Origin: a virus
Lineage: Duplodnaviria > Caudoviricetes
Direction: 5' to 3' (one strand)
IMG/VR virus record: IMGVR_UViG_3300021255_000054
DNA: 64,000 bases
Shown here: positions 55,201 through 64,000 of the stretch, in pieces
Numbering within the stretch: position 1 is the first letter of the stretch
Layout: every line of letters starts with the position of its first letter
The notes under the pieces: generated by a model
The model's input: only the letters and a program-made list of their open reading frames with translations
Databases searched by the model: none
What the model was told of the DNA's origin: nothing
Made by a program: the position numbers and the translations under genes

Positions 55201-58200
55201 GTTGGGCATTTAATGGTTCTGGCTCTATCTTCTGGCGTCGTTTGAGTACTACATTTGCAGATGGAGTTACCACAATAATGCGGCAATCTCCAGTCGAATG
55301 TTTCAGTGATGCTCAGAATTTAATTAATCAATTTGATAAATTCCAAGAGTGCTATCCAGAAGAGATTTGGCGCTTAGATATTCAGAGAAAGTATATTCGT
55401 ACTTTCACTGGTAAGTCCTATGATAATTCTATTACTACTGGTAAACAAAATATTCGTTTCTTGAAAGCAATGATGCAAGGACGTAAAAAGTATCAGCGTA
55501 GACAATGGGTTCGTGATTAGAGCATTTATTTTGGAAGTAAATATTTCCTTAATAATGTAGGCACGGATACTCATACTATTGAATTTAATACTTATACACC
55601 TACTGCAGATGGAATTACTTCCCTCGCAGTTCCCGTTGATCGCGAACATGTAGTAGTTATTCCTTATCAAGATATGTATATTAACGTTGCAGTAGGTAAT
55701 AGTACAACCAATATAGCAGATCGTATTATTACTGATCAATATGCTAAGCGCGCGAAAGCGGGCGATCGTGTAACTATTGATTGCCGTAGTGGTGGCTCTG
55801 CACAAGAAACTCGTGTATATATTTATGGCGCAGAACATATTGCCGCCATAGAAAACTTAGCACCAGCTTATACTTATTCTGGCTCATTTGGCTAGGGCGT
55901 ACGTCTAAAGCGCTTGGACTTAGGTTCAGATAATCCTGATTATAACAATCCAAGATTTACAAGTTTGAGCATTAATGCGCGTATGCCAATTCTTGAATCT
56001 TTTAGTGTAAAGAATTGTAATATGCTCGGTGGTACTATTAATTTAAGTCAGAGTAATAACTTACGTGTCTTTGAAGCAGAAGGTAGTGCTATTACTGGTG
56101 TTTCATTACCAAATTATACACATATTCAATAGTTACATTTACCTTCTACTGTTACTAATCTTACTTTAACTTCTGCTCATGACTTATCTGATTTCTATAT
56201 TCATGATGCTGATGGAGAAGAAAATTATGCCTCTTTAATTAGTTTAAATATTGATGATAGTGATTATTCTAGTAATATTAACTGGTTAGATGTTGCTAAG
56301 AGTGCCTTGAATGGAAGCTTAGATACATTATACTTACGACGCTTATCACATGCAAGTATTAATAATATTACTGAATTAGAGCCATTTGCAGTTAGAAAGA
56401 GATAGACAGAAGTAAATTATGATTCTGAAAACAACTTAATTCAAAAGATTGTATTGACTGGTATTTTAAATGTTACCGGTAATTGGTCTAATGTTGAAGT
56501 TCAACAATATGGTAAGCCTAATGGTATATGGCCTAATCTTGAATTTAATACTGACCCCGCGAATGAAAAAGTTAAATGTGAAGTTAGATATTATCACAGT
56601 GGCTATCTGGGACATGAGACACCAGAATATATTACTAATAGATTTATAGATGTCGAAACCGGAATTATTCCTGATATTTATCAAGGTATGTCTGGTGATG
56701 ATCTACCTTCAAGAGAGCCAACTGCAGCAGAAGTATTCAGCTTTGGTTCTTATAATGAAGATGGATATATTCCATATTCTGGATGGACTACAGGTACTGA
56801 CTCTAGCGCGCAATCTCTTATGGACTTAGGATATTCAGTAAATAGTCCATATTCTCCAGCTGCGGGTTAGACGTTAATTAATCTATATACTTATTATTAT
56901 GCCGAAGCGCATAAATACACTGTATAGTGGAAAGTAGGAGACAGAGTAGTAAAAGAAATTACCAATCAGGATTATGGTGGCGGTTATACTCTAAAAGCAC
57001 CAACTATTGCGGAAATGCGTAGTGCTGGTATAACAACTACAAAAGTAACACCTAATGCTAATGGTACATATACTTATAGCATTCTTACTGGTTGGGAAAA
57101 ATTACCTACTAATATCGCGCCAATTAATGATACGGAAAAGAATAGCAGTATATGCGTAATTAATGCTGTTTGGAGTGATGAAGTAACTGCAACCTTAGAT
57201 GAAATCTTTGCAGATACTACTGAATTAACTCCAGAACAATTGTTAGTCTTCTCTAGAATAAGCGCCAGTACTTCTTCTATTAGTAGTATCGCGCAATAGC
57301 GTAGATTTAATTATCAAATGGGCTACTCTGGAATGAAAGAAGGCACTACATTAGTTGATAAAAATAATGTAAAGCGTATTAGTTCTAGTACCTTACCAAT
57401 TAATATTAATAGTACAGTATTACCATTCTCTAAAAATGATGGATTTACATTAGCTATTGACTATCAATTTGGCGCGCAAGGGAACTCTACATTACCTGAA
57501 GTATTAGTAGGGTGCTATGATAGAACTGGAGATAGCGTCACAGGCTTTGCTTTATACCGTGGATTTAATGACAATAATGGTGGCACTGGTACATTTGTAT
57601 GCTATGGTCAAGCGCCATACTCCTATGATTCTACTAAACGTAGAAAGGTTGGTGACGCAGAACATAGAAATATAATCGTATTACGTCATGAAAAGAATAG
57701 CTCAATCTTACATATATATAGTAGTAAAGCGGCAAATACAAGTTCAAATTTAAATACTACTATTGATGAAGGACCAAGCACTATAATTGATATTTCTACT
57801 TAGAACTTAAGCGACAACGCACAAATTTGTATTGGTAATTTGCGCGCGGACTTAACAACTAATAGTAATTTTAGCGATGAATTAAATAATACTCGTGGCT
57901 CACAAGGCAGTGTTTATTGGATGAAGTATTGGAATGAAGACTTAGGTGCAGGAGAATGCTTATAGTTAGCATCTTGGCCTCATGAAGATATGACTGCTAT
58001 TATTACTGCTATTACTGGCGCTGCTACTGATTCTACTATGACAAGACCAAAGTTATATTTTACTAATTTAAATTGTTCAAGTCATATTACTTTAACTAAT
58101 AGTACATTAGTAGAAGGAAATGCCAATGAATAGGAAACTAAATCCGGTGGTTGGGCTGATTCTAATACAAAAATCATATGTGATAATCGTATTTGGCAAG

Positions 58201-59018
58201 GTTTGCCGCCTATTCTATAGGCAATTATTGGTAAACCTACTATTGGTTATTATAATCATGATTTCCGCATCGTAGGCAGCGAATCAACACATAGTTTAAG
58301 TACATTAAAATTTGCAAATAATTCTTATGTATATGCGCCTTCTGTTAGTAGCTTAGATAATAGCTATGCCGGAACAGATACTAATAATTATGGCTTTGAA
58401 TCTATTTATGAATTAACTGGTAAAACAGATAGCACGACTTCTGTAATTACTCCTTATGCTTGGCTTAAAGCGGGCACTAGCATGATTAGTGCTAAAGAAT
58501 ATCAAGGATCAAGTGCAGAAGTTAAATGGCGTGATATATCAAGTCCTAAAGCATATTGGTATAATATTAGATTTAATGAAAAACCAGTAACTTGGTCTAA
58601 TTCTAATAAATTAACTATTTATAAAGTTGATTCTTCTATGATGAACAATTAGACTTTCTATGATATAATTAATCAAGGCACGGGTATTAAGACTGGTGAT
58701 ATTATTATTTATACAACTACTAATAGTAGTGGAACTTCTATTGAAGGTGTATATATGTATATTAGCAGTTCTGAAGCCGCGCAAAAGGGTATTTAGACAT
58801 TACCGCAAACTAATGTATGGAAGACTGGTCCAGCAAATAGCGTTGATGGCGGTTGGATTAAGAGTACTCCATATGTTACACGTTCTGTTACAACAGGCAC
58901 TGGTAGATATCCTAACTTTATTTATATTGATCAGGAAGGTGCTATTAATTCTCCTTCTAACTCTAACGATCAAGCCGGAACAGGCGAATTAAACATTGAC
59001 TTTGCATTTACAATTTAA
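49269..59018 (+). CDS. Giant 3249-aa virion protein: coiled coil, beta-sandwich domains, CotH-like kinase domain, LRR-like region (TAG=Gln)
   Basis: All the long plus-strand track fragments from 50040 to 57803 share one frame with ATG 49269 and TAA 59018. [31 protein letters not shown] motifs. Confidence 0.8.
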
Positions 59019-59064
59019 TTAATGGAGGGATAGCTTGCTATCCCTCCTTTTTGGAGGATTTAAA

Positions 59065-59823
59065 ATGAAATATTATAAAATAGTAGAACAAGATAATATT
59101 GTAGGAGTAATTACTTCTAATGATTTTATTAAGTATTCTCCAATTACTGATTGTTATGATGCAACAACAGATGTTTATGGAGAATACGCTTCTTATTAGA
59201 ATACTTTATATAGAAGTAGTTGGATGCAACCAACCAAGACTACAGAAGAATATAAATCAGCTTTAATTATTACAATTAGTAAATCTGAATATGATGCGTT
59301 TATTGAAGCGTTAAAAGCGCAAGAAGAAATTGAGAATGTAGAAACAGAGGAAGAAGCGCGCGAAAGAGAAATAGAAGAGCAGACAAACATAGATCCAATT
59401 GATTAGTTATCTATTGAATTTATTCGCTCTTCTAAAATTAGCGCTATGTCCTACGCTTGCCGCAAAGCAATAGAGCAAGGTTTCGATTTGATATTACGCG
59501 GCGAATCTCATCATTTTTCATTAACTACTCAAGATCAATTGAATTTAATGAATATAGATACTACATAGGAATTAATTCCTTATCACGCAGATGGAGAATC
59601 ATATACCTACTATACTGCAGATGAAATAAAGCAAATTATTAACTCCGCAAATGACCATAAAGTATATCATACTGCATATTATAATTCTTTAAAAGAATAT
59701 ATCAATACTTTAGAAACAATTGAAGATATCGCGGCGATTACTTATGGAACTCCAATTCCAGATAAATACAAGTCTGAAGTTTTAAAAGTATTTGAAGAAT
59801 ATACTCAACCCTTCCATAGCTAA
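59065..59823 (+). CDS. Tail-associated protein with DUF4376-like C-terminus (TAG=Gln)
   Basis: HFSLTTQDQLNL...PYHADGE...YYNSLK.YI. Confidence 0.65.
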
Positions 59824-59848
59824 ATGCTATGGAAGAGTTGATTTATAA

Positions 59849-60319
59849 ATGGAGGAAAATATTATGGAAAATAAATTTTTTGTACATCGTATTTATAGAA
59901 CAGGAGAAATTTATACTAAAGGTATTGAAGTGCATGACACTGCAGATAATGCTATTCGTTCTTTTCATAGTGTAATGAAGATGGGTTATAATAATCCTTC
60001 TTATCCTGATATAAACTTTATTTCCTGTATGGTTACTAATGAGAACGATGAAATCTTACCAGGGTATAATGAAACTTGGAGTACAGAAAGTATTAATGAT
60101 TTTTTTGTTCATTACATTAGACATGATGGCGATACATATACAAAAGGCATAGATGTATGCAATAATTTTGCAGATGCGCTTCGTTCTTTCCATACATATA
60201 TGGAATTTGGACATAACAATCCTAAATTCCCAAATATTACTATGGTTTCCAGTAAAGTTACTGGTAATAAGAATGCAGTTTATAAGAAGGAATCTTGGGT
60301 CACTGAAGTAACAGAATAA
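59849..60319 (+). CDS. Hypothetical protein made of two tandem copies of one domain
   Basis: FFVH.I...YTKGI.V...A.RSFH..M..G.NNP..P.I occurs twice. Confidence 0.75.
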   Translation: MEENIMENKFFVHRIYRTGEIYTKGIEVHDTADNAIRSFHSVMKMGYNNPSYPDINFISCMVTNENDEILPGYNETWSTESINDFFVHYIRHDGDTYTKGIDVCNNFADALRSFHTYMEFGHNNPKFPNITMVSSKVTGNKNAVYKKESWVTEVTE

Positions 60320-60339
60320 GTTTAAATGGAGGCGATATT

Positions 60340-60678
60340 ATGGCGAAGAAAGTTGCGGCGGCCGCATTATAGTATAGTAAATGGCTAAGCCGCTTTATTT
60401 GTTGGGTTTGGGCAATATATCGCTTTACTGTTATTATTTTAGCTACGATATAGCCTTCCGCGGCGGAAGCATTAGTATCAACCATAGCGGGCATTGATAC
60501 TATTATGTTAGTTAATGAAGGCACATATTTAGTTAATAGTCTTGGCGAAAAATGGATTTATAGTGATAAATTCGTTTTTAAATGGCTAGATAAAGGCGGA
60601 TTTAAACATTTAATTAATAAAGTTATTAATGAAGAAGTAGAGGAGGTGGAGATAGATGGCGACGATACAAACGGCTGA
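60340..60678 (+). CDS. Holin-like membrane protein (TAG=Gln)
   Basis: Hydrophobic segments, charged C-terminus, overlaps the endolysin start. Confidence 0.55.
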
Positions 60679-61438
60679 TTTAATTGCTAAGTTTTAGTAT
60701 GCATTAGATAATAAGTGGGGATATATTTTAAAAACATGGCATACTCTTTGGACTAAGGAACTACAAGATGAAAAAGTTCGCTTTATGAATAAGAATTATG
60801 GCGAAAAATGGATTGATAATGAGAAAGCAAAAGAGAGTAGCAGCTATACTGCCGCGCGTTATGGCGAAAAATGGATAGGACACTGGGTAACTGACTGTTC
60901 TGGCTTATTCTATTGGGCCTTTAAAGAGCTTGGGGGCTATATGTATCATGGCTCCAATACAATGTGGAATAAGTATTGCGTTTCTAAAGGCAAGTTAAGT
61001 AAGGGAAAAAGAACTGATGGACAAGAACTTAAGCCTGGTACTGCAGTATTCGTTCTAAAGAATGGTGACGATCGTTCCCACGTAGGTTTATATATAGGTA
61101 ATGGCCTCGTCATTGAAGCCTCTGGTACTTAGAGTGGCGTAATTACCACTAAAATTACAAATTCAAAATGGTGTGAATGGGGAGAATTAAAGGGCGTAAA
61201 ATATGCATCTACACCAGCTAAAAAGGAGGAGAATAAAGTGAGTGAATTAGTTGTTGGTAGTGCTGTTGTTAATGCAGAAAAAGTAGCACTACGTAAAGAT
61301 CCTTCCACGCAAGCAAGCGTGCTCACACGTGTTAATAAAGGCGAACGTGTATAGGTATTACCTAATACAGATGAATGGCTACGTGTATCTTATCAGGGAA
61401 GAGTAGGATACATGATGAAGAAATTTTTAACTCAGTAA
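60656..61438 (+). CDS. Endolysin, NlpC/P60 peptidase plus SH3b (3 TAG=Gln)
   Basis: DCSGL, HVGLYIG, C-terminal VALRKDPS...WLRVSY.G..GYM. Confidence 0.85.
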
Positions 61439-61450
61439 GGAGGTAAGCAT

Positions 61451-63352
61451 ATGGATATTATTGATATCTTACTAGCTAAGAAAATGACTTCTCAAGGCCA
61501 AGTTGATACTTACGCGGCAAAAGCCAAAGCCGCCGCAGAAGATGCTTTGGCCGCGAGAAATGATGCAGATGCGGCGGTGCAGACTGTTACTGATGCGACA
61601 GACACAATTACTGCTACCTAGACAAGAGCAGACGCGGTATTAGATTAGGCTAATAGTACAATTGCAGATCTTAATGCCGCAATTGAAGCTATGGAAGATT
61701 AGGGATTAGATGTAGATGCGGTTGATAATGAAATTAAGAGAGTACAGCTTACTAAAGAATCCGATAATACTTCTAGCGCAGTAACTACTAATTTAAAATT
61801 AAAATATCCTGATAATTCTACCGCTAACATTAGCGCAGTAGATAAGAATTATAAATCTACAGGTACTAACGAAGATGGCGGTATGACTTAGAAAGCAATT
61901 ACTGAAGCTCTTGCGGCAAAAGCTAATAGTGCAGATGTAGCTACTAAATCATATGTTGATAGCGCTATCGCCGCAATTCCAACTACTGGCGGCACTACTG
62001 ACTTAGGTGGTAATAATGCTGGCAGTATCGTAGTAATTGGTGAAGATGGCAATATTAAACCTGGCGAAGTATCTGAAGACGCAATCATTGAGGCCCTAAT
62101 TAAAGCGGGCACATATGATATTGAGAATGCAATTGGATTAGAAATTGATTATGCTAATTCAGCATTTAAACGCACATAGGAAGCCGAAGGTAAAACTAAG
62201 GGCGCAGACTTCAATGCTTATGTAATGTATAGCGGCAGAATGCGTTGTAATGTATCTGATAATGGCGAAATTACTGCTTTCTATGGAGATTCCAACTATA
62301 AAGATGATGGTTCTAATGGTCAAGTTATGATTTATCAACCTAAATTCTATTATCAGCGTACTCCAATTAAAACTGAAACGACTAGTTTTGGTAAAGCAAT
62401 TCGCAAAGAAGCACTAATCATTTCTACCAAAAAGCAGACTGGATTTAAATGTCATCCAATCTTTATGGATGGAGATACAGAATTAGACTATGTATTATTA
62501 CCAGCATATGAAGCTAGCGTAGATGAAAATAATAAGCTAAGTTCTGTTGCCGGAGTCAAGCCGATATCTTATATCTCCATTGATTAGGCCGAAGCGTACG
62601 CACAAGCACGTGGCATAGGTTGGCATATTACTAATCTCGCGGCCGAATCTGCTAATTAGATGTTAGAGATGGTTGAATTTGGTACTTTAAATTCTTAGGC
62701 AGCATTAGAAGCAGGTATTACTAGTATTAGTTCTACTGCAGGTACAAGTTGTGCTTCTTTAACTGGCTCTACTGCTAGTTTGGGTAATAGTACAGGTGCG
62801 GCTTCCGCTACTACTAATGAAATTAATGGTAACACCGTATCATATAGTTCTGCTGGTACTCGCGCGATTAGCTATCGTGGTATGGAGAATCCTTGGGGTA
62901 ATTTATGGAAGTTTATTGGTGGCTTTAATATTGCGCGTAGTGAAAGTACGAATGGCGGCGTACCGCAAGTATGTACCAGTCTAGACTATGCCAATGGTAC
63001 TTATGAACAGTTAGGATTTAAACTACCAACATCTTGGGGTTGGGTTTCTGCTATGGGGCAATGTGATACTAAATATGACTGGGTATTCTTACCAATTGAA
63101 TGTAATGGTACTAGCGCATTACCTGTTGGTGATATTCTATATGTCAATACTTCTGCTATTGGTACTTTAATTGGTACATTAGGTGGTGCTTGGAGCTTCC
63201 AAGAACGTGCGGGCGCATTTGCTTATGCTTGCGACCATTTAAAGACTGATAGTACGCAGTATCAATATGGTGCGCGTTTAATGTTTAAACCCACTAAGAA
63301 TGCAGTCTATAACGCAAATGTAAATAAGTGGATACAGAAAGTAGGAGGTTGA
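61451..63352 (+). CDS. Tail/receptor-binding protein with C-type-lectin-like C-terminus (TAG=Gln)
   Basis: QVMIYQPKFYY, YRGMENPWGNLW, GGAW...AGAF...YGARL; single frame. Confidence 0.7.
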
Positions 63353-63356
63353 TAAT

Positions 63357-63602
63357 ATGGTAGACTATGGTAAAGTATTAAGTAGGGAGAAGCCATAGGA
63401 AGTTACTATTACTGCTTCTTCTGTATTTGTTGCTAGTGATATTCAACCTTTTACAAAAGAGATTGAAGGTTATATTGAAGAAGGATATGAATATAATTTA
63501 AAAGAGTATAGCACAAGTGAGTATTTACTTCATCAGGATGAAAAGGTGACTTCTTTAGAAGAAGAACTCAAGGCCGCAAAAATTCTATTAGGAGTTGATT
63601 AA
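63357..63602 (+). CDS. Small tail-associated protein
   Basis: GGAGGT SD; one TAG; YEYNLKEY... Confidence 0.6.
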
Positions 63603-63604
63603 GT

Positions 63605-64000
63605 ATGACATTAATTGAATTAGCGCAAAAATTGCGTCCCTATATAGAGAAAGCCGCAACTTCATTATCTGATGAAGATGCGCTTGAGGCTACTAACTTA
63701 TTTCCTAATTGGCATCCCAATTAGCCATATAAGAAAGATGAAAGAGTGCGCGATGAGGGCATTTTATATAAATGCCTTCAGCCGCATACTTCATAGGATA
63801 CTTGGGCGCCAAGTGTGGCGCCAAGCCTATGGGCGAAAGTATTGATTCCAGATCCAGATGTTATTCCTGAATGGGAGCAACCCGACAGCACTAATCCTTA
63901 TATGATTGGTGATAGAGTTATGTTTAACGGATTGGTATATGAAAGTGTAATTGATAATAATATCTGGAGCCCAGCAGCTTATCCCGCTGGATGGAAGCAA
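63605..64000 (+). CDS. Carbohydrate-binding (CBM5/12-like) protein, partial
   Basis: W....Y..DERV....LYKCLQPHTS[TAG]..WAPSVAPSLW repeat type. Confidence 0.7.

Noticed and set aside
1-64000. Integrase, reverse transcriptase, release factor or suppressor tRNA genes
   Set aside because: None recognisable in this window; they may lie elsewhere in the genome.

Overview
64-kb segment of a large AT-rich tailed-phage genome. Strong AGGAGG ribosome-binding sites and sigmaA-type TTGACA/TGnTATAAT promoters point to a Firmicutes-type host. The phage reads TAG as a sense codon, almost certainly Gln (genetic code 15). The fragmented ORF track joins in frame into intact genes: major capsid, decoration, protease-scaffold, portal, TerL, a TerS-like gene, an SF2 helicase, tail fibres, a 3249-aa CotH-kinase/LRR virion protein, a holin-like protein and an NlpC/P60 endolysin. 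Layout: 1-8.2 kb head/packaging operon (minus strand, recoded). 9.5-28.1 kb holds an array of about 34 self-contained expression units (promoter, conserved leader, small gene(s) or small RNA, terminator), delimited by 35 copies of the 19-bp palindrome TTAGATGTTAAACATCTAA. Some units are inverted and the protein genes are essentially free of in-frame TAG. The array also carries several structured non-coding RNAs, including a ~330-nt RNA with an anticodon-less tRNA-like domain. 28.7-37 kb has the helicase, origin-like DNA, TAG-gated HTH regulators, a radical SAM gene and a replication initiator with iterons. 37-64 kb has tail and lysis genes (recoded), interrupted by a TAG-free block with Thg1 and a deaminase. 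No suppressor tRNA, release factor, integrase or reverse transcriptase is visible in this window. All calls come from manual reading; no database searches were run.
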